A stretch of 64,000 nt of DNA, from the NCBI GenBank assembly GCA_000004695.1, contig CM000154.2, forward strand, positions 3,072,001 through 3,136,000, given 5' to 3'. A program made the position numbers and the translations under genes. This DNA is from Dictyostelium discoideum (Eukaryota). Under the pieces are notes generated by a model. It was given only the letters and a program-made list of their open reading frames with translations. It made no database searches and was not told the origin of the DNA. Shown piece after piece: positions 39,315 through 52,100 of the stretch (within the stretch, counting starts at the first letter, position 1; each line of letters begins with the position of its first letter).

Positions 39315-39514
39315 ACTATTAACTAAATCATTTAATAGTTGGGCTTATATTATTTTTAAAAATTTTAATAATAACTTCTTTATTTTTTATTTTTTATTTA
39401 TTTTTAAATAATTTTTAAATACCTTCCGAGGGGTCTAGAATTAGAGATGAAGCACATATATTTAAATAAAAATAAAAAAAAATAAAAACAAACATATATA
39501 TTTTTTTCATTCTC

Positions 39515-39548
<34 letters not shown>

Positions 39549-39605
39549 ACACAACCAAAACCAAAATTTAGATAAAAGAAATGATCTTTATTTTATTTTT
39601 TTTTT

Positions 39606-39638
<33 letters not shown>

Positions 39639-39861
39639 ATTTGGGATTTTGAAAAAAAAAGATATTTATTTCGGAAGTTTTTTTATTAAAGTGGGAAAAG
39701 ATATTATTTTGGTTGCGTATCTTTTCCACCTCCAATGACTTACAACAATGTTATTTGAAATAAATGTGACAAAAGTGGGAAATAATTTATTTTTAAATTT
39801 TTTTTATTTTTATTTTTATTTTTCTTTTTTTTTTTTTTTTTTTTTTTTTTCTTTACAATTT

Positions 39862-40551
39862 TTAATTTTCTGAGATAGATGCATTAATACTTTTTAAATT
39901 TTTATCATTAATTTCAATGTCATTTGTAATATTTTGTTGAAACCTCTTTATAAAATATTTTAAAAAAATAAATGTACCTAAACCTCCAATAATTATTAAA
40001 CCAACTATTGAGACTACAATTACAATAACTATAATTCCGGTGCCTGGATCATCATCATTTTGGTCACTACTAATTAAACCACTACTATTTATATTGGTGC
40101 TACTGTCACTATTATTATTTGAATTTTGTTCTATAAATTCAATTTTATTATTGCAATTAAAATCCTTTACAAGGAATTGGCAATCAATTTTTAAATTTTT
40201 AATTATTGCTTGGGGTTGGAGGACTTGTTGATTTTTGTTGATTTTAAAAATGGCAATATCATTATAATTATCATTTATCAAATTATAAAAACATTTTATT
40301 TCATAATCAGAACTTTGATTAATTTTACAATATTTATTTGAAATTGAAACCATTAATTTCAAAATATTATTATAATTATTATTATTATTACTATTATATG
40401 TGTGATTAAAATTTATTAAAAAGAAAATTTGTGTTGAATTATTGTTAATTTTTATCATTTCAATTTTTGATTGTTTAAAATATTCACTAGAATTTATTTT
40501 ACTAATATCTATTAAAAAAAAAAATAATAATGATATCAAGTATAATTTCAT
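39862..40551 (-). CDS. Small type-I membrane glycoprotein-like protein (229 aa), lineage-specific
   Basis: N-terminal signal peptide MKLYLISLLFFFLIDISKINSSEY; Cys-containing, N-glyco-sequon-rich ectodomain (NNST, NHTY, NQSS, NNSD); TM GIIVIVIVVSIVGLIIIGGLGTFIFL followed by KYFIKRFQQN. Single ORF. Confidence 0.5.
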   Translation of the reverse strand: MKLYLISLLFFFLIDISKINSSEYFKQSKIEMIKINNNSTQIFFLINFNHTYNSNNNNNYNNILKLMVSISNKYCKINQSSDYEIKCFYNLINDNYNDIAIFKINKNQQVLQPQAIIKNLKIDCQFLVKDFNCNNKIEFIEQNSNNNSDSSTNINSSGLISSDQNDDDPGTGIIVIVIVVSIVGLIIIGGLGTFIFLKYFIKRFQQNITNDIEINDKNLKSINASISEN

Positions 40552-41095
40552 TTTATTGTTTTTTTTTTTTTTTTTTTTTTTTGAAAATATATGGGCACAA
40601 ATTGGAAGAAAAAATAATGATAATAATTTTCTAAAAAATCATTTCTTTTCTTTTTTTTTTTTTTTTTCTCTTTTTTTTTTTATTAAACTTAAAACAAAGA
40701 TTGGGATGTTTTTTTTTTTAATAATGAAATATAGACTTGAAAGGTAAGAAAATAAAAGTTTATAATAAAATGAAAAGATATTTATGATTGTTTTTTTTTT
40801 TTTTTTCATTTTTTTAAATTTATTTGAAAACTTTGGATATTATGATTGATTTGATAATCAAAAAATCAAAAAGTGTTTTGAAAAAAAATCTTTTTTTTTT
40901 GTAATCATTCATCATTTTTTAAAATTTTAAAAAATTGATTTTTGTTTTTGATGACCTAAAATTAGATTTTTTTTTTTTTTTTTTTCATATTAAAGATGTT
41001 CATATTAAAATTTTTTTTGTGTTAATTTGAATTGGAATGACTTGAACAAGTTTCTAACTGGGGATAATAGTCAAGAGGACTTTCTAATATTATCA

Positions 41096-41106
41096 GGAAT
41101 CGAACC
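41096..41106 (-). promoter_or_regulatory. External B-box (exB) downstream of tRNA-Lys
   Basis: Minus-strand GGTTCGATTCC lies 29 nt 3' of the tRNA end (41135..41107 spacer). It matches the pol III B-box consensus GGTTCGANTCC. An extra B box in the 3' flank is a known peculiarity of Dictyostelium tRNA genes. Confidence 0.5.
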
Positions 41107-41135
41107 TATGATCTGTTTCATCACAATTAAAATTT

Positions 41136-41208
41136 CGCCCAAAGGGGGGCTCGAACCCCCGACCACAAGGTTAAAAGCCTTGCGCTCTACCGACTGAGCT
41201 ATCTGGGC
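41136..41208 (-). tRNA. tRNA-Lys (anticodon UUU), 73 nt
   Basis: Minus-strand sequence GCCCAGA-TA-GCTC-AGTCGGT-AGAGC-G-CAAGG-CTTTTAA-CCTTG-TGGTC-GGGGG-TTCGAGC-CCCCC-TTTGGGC-G. It has a 7-bp acceptor stem (one G-T), D-arm GCTC/GAGC, anticodon loop CT-TTT-AA, T-arm GGGGG/CCCCC with TTCGAGC loop, and internal A-box (TAGCTCAGTCGG) and B-box (GGTTCGAGCCC). Confidence 0.85.
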
Positions 41209-41280
41209 TTTGATGATGAGAGTTAAAAAAATTAGTAAAAAAAAATTATAATATTATAATTTAAAAATCTTAATGTATTT

Positions 41281-41352
41281 ATTCATTTATTCATTTATTT
41301 TTTCATTTATTCATTATTCAGTTATTTAAGTTATTCATTTATTAAGTTATTC
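41281..41352. repeat. Degenerate (TTCATTTAT)n minisatellite in the 5' flank of tRNA-Lys
   Basis: ttcatttattcatttattttttcatttattcattattcagttatttaagttattcatttattaagttattcatttattcatc, 70-140 bp upstream of the minus-strand tRNA 5' end (41208). Confidence 0.7.
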
Positions 41353-41882
41353 ATTTATTCATCTTTTTATTTATATATTCCTTTATTTTTTTATTTATTT
41401 ATTTATAGTTTATTTATTTATTTAATTATTTATTAATTTATTATTTATTTAAAAAAAACATTTGGCGTGGCTATGCTCATGCATAATATTTTTTTTGTAA
41501 GAATCTTGTTTTGAACAAAAAAAAAAAAAAAAACAATAATACAAAATAATTACCTAATAAATAAGGAAAGATTAAAATCACTCCTATAATATAAAGCAAA
41601 GTTTATTTTATTTTATTTTAAAAAAATTTTATTTGTTAATTTAAAATTATATATTTTTATTAAATTTTTTTTTCTTTTTGGAAAATTTAAATTCTAAAAA
41701 AAAACTACGCCACATAAAAATTATTCTCCAAGTAGAAATTAAAATAAATAAATAAATAAATAATAAATAATTTAATTAAGTTTTTTTAAGTCATAGTATT
41801 TTTCTTTATTTTTGATTTTTTTTTTTTTTTTTTTTTTTGTTTTTTTTTTATACAAAAACTAAATTTTTTTTTTTTTTTTTTT

Positions 41883-42242
41883 TTAATGTTTTTGTTTAAT
41901 TAATTTTTGTTCATTCTCTTTGTATTTCTTTCCTTCATAGAATTTCCAAGCAAATAAACCAAATACACCCAAAGCTAGGAAACCAATGAATTTATTTGAT
42001 CCAGGAGCTGGTACCTTTGGTGGATAACCGGTTCTTTGAGCATTATGGACATTTTCTTCAATAGTATGTTTGGCATTATTCAAATTGCTTGAAATGTTCT
42101 CTTTAATATTTTTGAAATTTGAATTTAATTGATCTTTTGATGCATTTATTCCAGAGGCATATGAGGATGCAGTATTCTTGGCATTCTTTAAACCTTCTGC
42201 TGCTTTTTTAGCAAGTTTTTCTTTATCCCAATTATCAGTCAT
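41883..42242 (-). CDS. Small tail-anchored protein (119 aa), hydrophilic N-terminus + C-terminal TM
   Basis: MTDNWDKEKLAKKAAEGLKNAKNTASSYASGINASKDQL... followed by FIGFLALGVFGLFAWKFY near the C-terminus, with no signal peptide. Single ORF. Confidence 0.45.
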   Translation of the reverse strand: MTDNWDKEKLAKKAAEGLKNAKNTASSYASGINASKDQLNSNFKNIKENISSNLNNAKHTIEENVHNAQRTGYPPKVPAPGSNKFIGFLALGVFGLFAWKFYEGKKYKENEQKLIKQKH

Positions 42243-42379
42243 TTTCTTCTATCTTTTAATTTATTTGAAATTAATAATTTTTATTTTTATAAATTTTTTA
42301 AAAACAAATTAATAATATAATGAATAATAAAAAAAAAAAAAAAAAAAAACCTTTTTAATTTATAATCGATTATTGAAAC

Positions 42380-42410
<31 letters not shown>

Positions 42411-42647
42411 AAATAATAATTAAAAATTAATTAAATTAAAAAATTAAAATAAAAAATAATTATTAAAAAAAAAAAAATTATATTCCAATAAAATAATATT
42501 ATTTACATTTGTTCCAATTTGAGAAATGTTTTATCAATGAAAAAAAAAAAAAATAATAAAAATAATAATAAAAATTAAAAAAAAGAATATCACATGTAAT
42601 ATGTTTTTTTTGGTTATTTACAAATTGTTTTTTTATTATATTTACTT

Positions 42648-42670
42648 GAACACACACCCACACCCCCCAT
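42648..42670. promoter_or_regulatory. CA-rich element (CACACACCCACACCCCCC) in the promoter region of the tail-anchored protein gene 41883..42242(-)
   Basis: gaacacacacccacaccccccatag sits about 400 bp upstream of the minus-strand ATG at 42242, surrounded by homopolymer A/T. Confidence 0.3.
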
Positions 42671-42891
42671 AGTGAATACTTTTTTTTTTTTTTTATTTTT
42701 TTTTTATTTTGTACAATTTGATTTTGGGTGTCTTCTTTTTTTTTTTTTTTTTTTTTGTATTTTGGGGTGTTGTGATATGAAATTTTTATTATTTTATTAT
42801 TTTATTATTTTTGAGAATATTATTTATTATTATTACTACTATTATATTGTTATTATTTTTTTTTCTTTTTTTTTAAAAAAATGAAAAAAAA

Positions 42892-43392
42892 CTATTCTGT
42901 TTGTTTTTGTTTTTGAGTTGAAGAAGTTAAATCATGAGCTTTGTTTACAAATTTAAAACCTAAATAACCTATGATTCCAATTGTCGCAGCAATACCCCAT
43001 GCATATGAATTAAATCTAACAAAACCTTTATACATTTCAGGTACATTTAAATTTACAGGTTTATTTGGATTATTACCTCCTTTACTTTCGAAATTCTTAT
43101 TACTTGTATTAAAATAATCTGAAAAACTTTCATAAGGTTTAAATGAGTTTGGATCATTTGACCATAAATGTTTTGGACCACCAGGTCCACCGAGTTTTGC
43201 ATTTTCTGCATTTATTTTTTGATTCTCTTGATATATCTTTTGATTCTTATCGATTTTATCCTTTAAATATTTTGGAATATGTGTATTATGCATTAAATTT
43301 TCATTCTCTAAATTTGGTGGTATCATTGAATCTTTAACATTTTTAATTGTTTGTGCTGTATCTTTATCAAAAAATGAATTCTTTTTTACCAT
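42892..43392 (-). CDS. Small tail-anchored protein (166 aa)
   Basis: Hydrophilic N-terminus (MVKKNSFFDKDTAQTIKNVKDSMIPPNLENE...) and a single C-terminal TM, YAWGIAATIGIIGYLGFKFVN. The topology is similar to the 41883 gene, with the same orientation 650 nt apart. Confidence 0.45.
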   Translation of the reverse strand: MVKKNSFFDKDTAQTIKNVKDSMIPPNLENENLMHNTHIPKYLKDKIDKNQKIYQENQKINAENAKLGGPGGPKHLWSNDPNSFKPYESFSDYFNTSNKNFESKGGNNPNKPVNLNVPEMYKGFVRFNSYAWGIAATIGIIGYLGFKFVNKAHDLTSSTQKQKQTE

Positions 43393-43520
43393 TTTGTTTT
43401 TTTTTTTTTTATTTTTTTAATTTATTATAAAGTATTACTGTTATATTTTTTTTTTTTAAAGAAAATAAAATAAAAAAAAAATTTTGAAATTAAATTAAAA
43501 AAAAAAAAATTAAAAATAAT

Positions 43521-43557
<37 letters not shown>

Positions 43558-43870
43558 AAAATAATTAAATTTTTGGTAAGATGAGAAAAATGAAAAAAGT
43601 GAAATAAACTAAAAAAGGGATATAAATAAAATTTTTGAATTGGTTATAGATTTCTTCTAATTCAGAATTTTAATTTTTGTTTTTTTTTTTTTTAAAATTT
43701 TATTTTTGTTTTTTTTTTTTTTTGTTTTTTTTTTTGTTTTTTTTTTTATTTTTATTGTTTAGTTTTTTTATTGTTTTGTTTTTTTTTTTTTTTAAAATCT
43801 TTTTGAAATATATTATATTTATTTGTATTTATTTATATTTATTTAGAGAAAAAAAAAAATAAAAAAAAAG

Positions 43871-45229
43871 ATGGAATCAAATCAAAAATGTGGTGCAACA
43901 CAAATTGTAAATGAATTTTGTGAATCAATTGAAGGAATTGTTTTTAGAAAAGGATCAGAAGAATATAAACAAAATGTTAATAAACGTTGGAATATTGATG
44001 TTGTGAATACACCATTATTAATAGTTTATCCAAAGAATATTCAAGATGTTGTTAAAGCTGTTAATTTTTCAAGAGAATGTCAACTTGATTTTGCAGTGAT
44101 TGCAGGTGCTCATGGATTTAAATCAACTTGTGACAATGGATTACTATTGAATATCTCAAGTATGAAAAATATTAAAGTTGATGAAGCAAGCAAGACTGTT
44201 GTTGTTGAGACTGGTTGTACATTGGGTGATTTAGATAAAGAAACTTCAAAATTTGGATTAGGGATACCTTCTGGACATGTTAGTCATACTGGTTTGGGTG
44301 GATTAACATTGGGTGGTGGTATAGGTCACCTTTCAAGATCACTTGGATTAACATCAGATAATTTAATTGGTTGTACATTGGTAAACTATAAAGGTGAGAT
44401 TGAAAAGGTCACTGATCAATCAAATAAAGAACTTATCTATGCAATTAGAGGTGCCGGTAGTAATTTCGGTGTTATCACTGATTTCACATTTAAATTACAT
44501 CCAGTGAAGGATGTTTACTTGGGTACTTTTGTTTACCCACATGCAACCTCAAAGGAGCCATTGACATTACTTGGTGAGTATGCGTCAAGTAAAGATGTTC
44601 CAAATGAACTCTCATGTGCAATTTCAATTACACCAGAGGGTGTTGTAGTTATGGCGATTTATAATGGTACTGAGGAACAAGGTAAACCATACATTGAAAA
44701 GATCGCTAGCTTTGGTGTGCCAGTAGTTTCGAAAATTTCAATGATACCATATGTACAATTACAATGTTTAATCGATAATAAAGTTCCACATGGTTTGAAA
44801 TATTATCAAAGAGGTCCATTCATTAAAGAGGCATTAAATGCTGACATGATTGAAATCATTTTGGATGCTTACAATAAACATCCAACTAAATCTTGTGCAA
44901 TTCTTTTAACTCATTTAGGTGGTAAAGTTAGAGAACCAGTTGAAGATGATTTCTCTTCATTTGCTCATAGAAATTCAGAATACCAAATTATCTTTGCCTC
45001 AATCATTCCATCTGATCAAGATAAACCATCAATTAAACAATGGACTGCCGATGTTCATACCAAATTAATGCCATATTGTTTTGGTGATTATTCAAATACT
45101 ACCGATGGTACTCAACCAATTGAAATTATCTATGGTAAACATACAAATAAATTAATTCAATTAAAAACAAAATATGATCCATTAAATTTCTTTAAAAATA
45201 ATACAAATATTAAACCAATTCAAAATTAA
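43871..45229 (+). CDS. FAD-linked oxidase, berberine-bridge-enzyme-like (PCMH-type FAD-binding domain)
   Basis: Single ORF of 452 aa: PLLIVYPKNIQDVVKAVNFSRECQLDFAVIAGAHGFKSTCDNGLLLNISSMKNIKVDEASKTVVVETGCTLGDLDKETSKFGLGIPSGHVSHTGLGGLTLGGGIGHLSRSLGLTSDNLIGCTLVNYKGEI. It carries the FAD-binding signature (GGH..G...GG.G) and a covalent-His context (AGAHGF). The C-terminus DPLNFFKNNTNIKP is a BBE-like tail. Confidence 0.85.
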   Translation: MESNQKCGATQIVNEFCESIEGIVFRKGSEEYKQNVNKRWNIDVVNTPLLIVYPKNIQDVVKAVNFSRECQLDFAVIAGAHGFKSTCDNGLLLNISSMKNIKVDEASKTVVVETGCTLGDLDKETSKFGLGIPSGHVSHTGLGGLTLGGGIGHLSRSLGLTSDNLIGCTLVNYKGEIEKVTDQSNKELIYAIRGAGSNFGVITDFTFKLHPVKDVYLGTFVYPHATSKEPLTLLGEYASSKDVPNELSCAISITPEGVVVMAIYNGTEEQGKPYIEKIASFGVPVVSKISMIPYVQLQCLIDNKVPHGLKYYQRGPFIKEALNADMIEIILDAYNKHPTKSCAILLTHLGGKVREPVEDDFSSFAHRNSEYQIIFASIIPSDQDKPSIKQWTADVHTKLMPYCFGDYSNTTDGTQPIEIIYGKHTNKLIQLKTKYDPLNFFKNNTNIKPIQN

Positions 45230-45342
45230 AATAATAAATATTTAAATAAATAAATAAATATAATTATGATGTATTGAATTTAATAGTTTATTACATTTTT
45301 TTTTTTTTTTTAATAAATAAATAAATAGGGGGAGGGGTTCTT

Positions 45343-45384
<42 letters not shown>

Positions 45385-45431
45385 ATTGATCGGTAGTTCT
45401 AAGTTTTCAAAGTTTTCTAATTTTTTTTTCT

Positions 45432-47277
<1,846 letters not shown>

Positions 47278-48271
47278 ATTTTAATTTTATTACACTACTT
47301 TTTTTTTTTTTTAAAACAACTTGGACAACCTTTATTTTAATTATTAAAAAAAATTGTATTACATTAATATTTACTTTTTTTTTTTGTTTTTTTTTTTATT
47401 TTTTTTTTTTTGATGATTTTAATTTATTGTAATGCAAATTGGGTGTGGGTTTTTTTTTACAAAAAAAAAAAAATCAAGATATTAATTAAATTCTTTGAAA
47501 AAAAAGAAAAAAAAAATAAAGACTGATTATTTATTTTTTTTTATTTTTTATTTTTTATTTTTTTTTTTTAAATGTTATTTATTTATAACTTACTTTTGGA
47601 GTAACTAGGTATATTTTATAATGCAATATTTAAATGCAATCTATAAAAAGTTGTTGTGTTCTAAAAAAAAAAAATTATTATAAAATAAAAAAAAAAAAAA
47701 AAAAAAAAATAAAAATCCACTTTTTTTAAAAAAAAAAAAAAAAAATAAAAAAAAAAAGGTTGGAAAATCTAGACGTTGCGAAAATTGATATAAAATTGGA
47801 TTTTGGTATCTTTTATTTTTCATTTTATTTTACTTTCAATTAATATTTAATAACTAAATTATTATTATTATTTCATTTTTTCAATTAAAAATTAATTATT
47901 TATAAATTAATTCGATTTATTTTATTTTATTTTATTTTATTTTATTTTATTTTATTTTACTTTATAATTAAAAAAAAAAAAAAAAAAAATTAAAAATAAA
48001 AATAACAAAAAAATAATAAAAAAATAAAAAAAAATAAAAAAGGATGGAATATTTATAGTTAAAAGAAAAAAAAAAAAAAAAAAAAAAAAAAGAAATTTTA
48101 TCTTTTTTTTAATCAATTTTAGACTTAAATTTCAAAAAAAGAAAATGGGAAAAAAAAAAAAAATTAATTAATTAAAATTAAAATTGGTTCGGTTTAAAAA
48201 TTAATAATTTTTTTTTTAATTTTAAATTTTTTTTTTTTTTTTTTTTTTTTTCAAATTTTTTTTTATCACTC

Positions 48272-48307
<36 letters not shown>

Positions 48308-48416
48308 CATTATCGAAAGAGGTCAATCAGATATTTCAAATTTTTTATTTTTTTTTTTTCTAAACAATTATTTTTTTTTTCCTTCAAATTAAATAATCAA
48401 ATACAATTTATACATA

Positions 48417-48851
48417 ATGTCATCATCAGAAAGTGAAAGTGAAGCCCCAAAAAAATTATTTTTATCACCAATTGCAAAACCACTTGCTGATCCAAAACTT
48501 ACACTCAAATTATTAAAGTTGGTTAAAAAAGCATCAAAAGATAAGAAAATCAGCAGAGGTGTAAAAGAAGTTGTTAAACAAGTTAAAAAAACCAAAGATT
48601 CAAGCAGAAATAAAAATAGAATTTGTATTATTGCTGGCGATGTCAGCCCAATCGATGTCATTTCTCACATCCCAGTCTTATTAGAAGAATCTGGTATTAA
48701 ATATATTTATGTTCCATCAAAAGAATCTTTAGGTACTGCTTCATCAACTAAAAGACCAACAAGTATTGCTTTAGTCGATTTAGATAATGATTCTGAACAC
48801 AAGAAATTATTATCTCAATGTCTTGAAAAAATCCCAGCTGTAAGTATTTAA
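48417..48851 (+). CDS. nhp2: H/ACA snoRNP protein Nhp2 (L7Ae/L30e family)
   Basis: KPLADPKLTLKLLKLVKKASKDKKISRGVKEVVKQVKK...ICIIAGDVSPIDVISHIPVLLEESGIKYIYVPSKESLGTASSTKRPTSIALV aligns with NHP2 (RRGVKEV.K.V.KGEKG..VLAGD..PIEV..HLPV.CE...PY.Y.PSK..LG.A.G.KRPT). The ORF ends ...EKIPAVSI*; a GTAAGT sits at 48840, so a short 3' intron giving ...EKIPA + stop is possible. Confidence 0.8.
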   Translation: MSSSESESEAPKKLFLSPIAKPLADPKLTLKLLKLVKKASKDKKISRGVKEVVKQVKKTKDSSRNKNRICIIAGDVSPIDVISHIPVLLEESGIKYIYVPSKESLGTASSTKRPTSIALVDLDNDSEHKKLLSQCLEKIPAVSI

Positions 48852-49179
48852 TTTTTTTTTTTTTAAAAAAAAATAAATTTCATATACTAATATTATTTCT
48901 TTCTTTCTTCCTTTCTTTTTTCTTTCTTTATTTTATTTTTTTCAATTTAATAATAGTAAATAAAGAAAATAATTAAAAAAAAAGAAAAAATAAAAAACAA
49001 ATAAAAAAAAAAAAATAAAAAAAAAAAAAAAGAAAAAATAGTTTTAAAAAAAAAAAAAAAAGAAATCTATTTATATTTTAGTTTTATTTATTTATTTATG
49101 TTTAGTTATAAAGAATCGATTGAATTTTTCTTTTTTTTTAATTGTTTTTATTAAACTTATTGATTTTTTTTTTTTTTAT

Positions 49180-52100
49180 TTATTTACCAAAACTACCTCC
49201 ACCAAGTGATGCAAATGAAGGTGCACTATTTGAACCAAATTGTGAACCAAATACTGATGAGGTTGGTTGAGAACTAGTTGAACCAAATACACTACCACCA
49301 CCAAATGCACTGGTAGTTGGAGTGCTACCAAATGCAGAAGTACCACCAAATGCAGGAGTTGAGGAACTACCAAATGCACTGGTAGTAGGGGCACCACCAA
49401 ATGCAGAAGTACCACCAAACGCAGGAGTTGAGGAACTACCAAATGCACTGGTAGTTGGAGTGCTACCAAATGCAGGAGTTGAGGAACTACCAAATGCATT
49501 GGTAGTTGGAGCGCCGCCAAATGCACTGGTAGTTGGAGTGCTGCCAAATGCAGATGTACTACCAAATGCACTTGTAGTTGGAGTGCTACCAAATGCACCT
49601 GTAGTTGGAGTGCTACCAAATGCACTGGTAGTAGGAGTACTGCCAAATGCACCTGTAGTTGGAGTGCTGCCAAATGCACCTGTAGTTGGAGTGCTGCCAA
49701 ATGCACTTGTGGCTGGAGTGCTACCAAATGCACTTGTAGTTGGAGCGCTACCAAATGCACCTGTGGCTGGAGTGCTACCAAATGCACTTGTAGTTGGAGC
49801 ACTGCCGAATGCAGATGTACCACCAAATGCAGGGGTTGAGGAGCTTCCAAATGCGCTGGTCGTTGTGGTTGGAGCACTGCCAAATGCACTTGTAGTTGGA
49901 GCACTTCCAAATGCAGGTGTACCACCAAATGCAGGAGTTGTTGAGGAGCTTCCAAATGCACTAGTTGTTGGTGTTGTTGTTGATCCACCTCCACCAAATG
50001 CAGATGTGTTACCAAATACGGATGGTGTTGTTGAAGTACTTCCAAAGGCGCTTGTTGTGGTAGATGGAGACGAAGTGGAACCAAATACAGATGAAGTTTG
50101 TGGAGCTGGTTTTGCACCAAATACACTACCACCTCCACCAAATGGTGTTGGTGTTGCTGTTGTTGCACCAAATGAAGATGTTGTGGTAGAACCACCAAAG
50201 GCACTAGCAGTAGATGGAGCGGAACCAAATACAGATGAAGTTTGTGGGGCTGGCTTTGCACCAAATACACTCCCACCAAATGGAGATGGTGGAGAATTTG
50301 TTGATGCTTGAGAAAAGATACTACCCCCTCCGGTGGTAGTAGAGGCACTATTACCACCAAATACTGATGGAGGAGTAGGAGTGGCTGCAGTTGTTGTAGG
50401 TGTTGTAGTTGTACCAAATAAACCACCAGAACCAAATGGAGAAGAACCACTTGCAGTAGATGTGGTGTTGCCACCAAAATTCAATGCACCCAATGCATTA
50501 TTAGCATTGGCGCTATCTTTTTCAGCTTTTTCTTTTGCCTCCTTTTCTAATTTTTCTTTTGCTTCTTTTTCTAGTTTTTCTTTAGCTTCTTTTTCAGCTT
50601 TTTCTTTTGCTTCTCTTTCAAGTTTTTCTTTTGCTTCTCTTTCTAGTTTTTCTTTTGCCTCCTTTTCAATTTTTTCTCTTGCTTCTTTTTCAGCCTTTTC
50701 TTTAGCCTCTCTTTCTTGTTTTTCATTTGCTTCTTTTTCAGCTTTTTCTTTAGCCTCTCTTTCTTGTTTTTCTTTTAACTCTCTTGCTTGTTTTTCCTTT
50801 GCTTCTCTTTCTAGTTTATCTTTTAATTCTCTTGCTTGTTTTTCCTTTGCTTCTCTTTCTTCTCTTTCTAGTTTATCTTGTAATTCTCTTGTTTCTCTTT
50901 CAATTTTTTCTTGTCTTTCTTTTGCTTCCTTTTCTAAATCTAAATTCTTTGTAAATAAACTATTTGAATTTGTTGGTTGTTGTGAATTAAATAAATTACC
51001 AAAGTTATTATTGTTACCAAATTGTTGTTGTTGTTGTGGTTGTTGTTTATTTAATGAAGGGATAGGATTTATTGGTTCTTCAATATATTCTTCATCATCC
51101 TCATCATATTGTTCGTCATCATCATCATCATCTTCATCATATTCTTCATTACCATCTTGATAATCATCATAGGATTGATTATTATTAATGAAATTTTGAG
51201 CAGTTGAAGCAAAAGAGATATGAGAAGTTGGAGTAAAAGAAGAAGTTGTTGAAGAAGGTGAAGAAATTGTACCACTAGTTTTAATTGGAGTTATATTTGA
51301 AGTGAATTTATAACTTGAATTTGCAAATGCATTATCTTTTGATAAACTTATACCCCTCAATGCTGGTGGTGGTTCAATGATTTCACTATTATTATTATTG
51401 TTGTTGTTATATTCATTATTAATGATATCATCATCAAATTGTGGATCATCAATTTGTTCACTCTTAAAGAAACTTGTAAAATCTGGATATTGTGGTTTAA
51501 TAACTTGACTAGATTTTCTCTTTAATACTGAAATTAAATTCTTATAACCATTTGATTTTGAAACATTAACTTCATGACGATAATTTTCAATAGTTGGTTT
51601 TGTTGTTGATTTAATATCTTTACCACTACCATTATCATTTAAAATATTTACATTATTCTCTAATGATAATCTTGATAATTGTAATTCAGTATATTGATTA
51701 ATATCAATTGAATCTTTTAATCTATCCATTTTATCTTTATTCAATTTCAATTTATTTAATTTCTTTTCAATCTTTTCAATTTCACATCTTAAATTTGTTT
51801 CAGTTTGTGAAATATTTGAAAGTGATTGATAAATTAATGACATACTATTAATATGAACTTTTTCAATATTGTTTTGATTATTTTGATTATTTTGATTATT
51901 TTCTAAAAATTTAAAATGAGTTTGTTCAAAATTTTGAATATCCAAAGATAAATTACGATAGTTTGATAAAAGTTTATCTTTTTGTTCTAAAGTTGAAGGA
52001 TCTAAATTTCTATTTGCTAAAATTTGTTTATAATTTGTTGAGGAATATTGTTGAGTATGTGATTCTAAATCCAATGATAATGAAAGGTTCTTTAAGACTT

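Noticed and set aside
49176-51160. Long ORFs on the + strand (49322..50311, 50333..51160) and the offset - strand ORF 49176..50477 overlapping the nucleoporin gene
   Set aside because: They are reading-frame shadows of the 33-nt E/K repeats and the FG repeats (poly LPNA/VVG, FSFASFS, HLVLQ). They have no start context and no domain signal. The nucleoporin frame carries the recognisable architecture.
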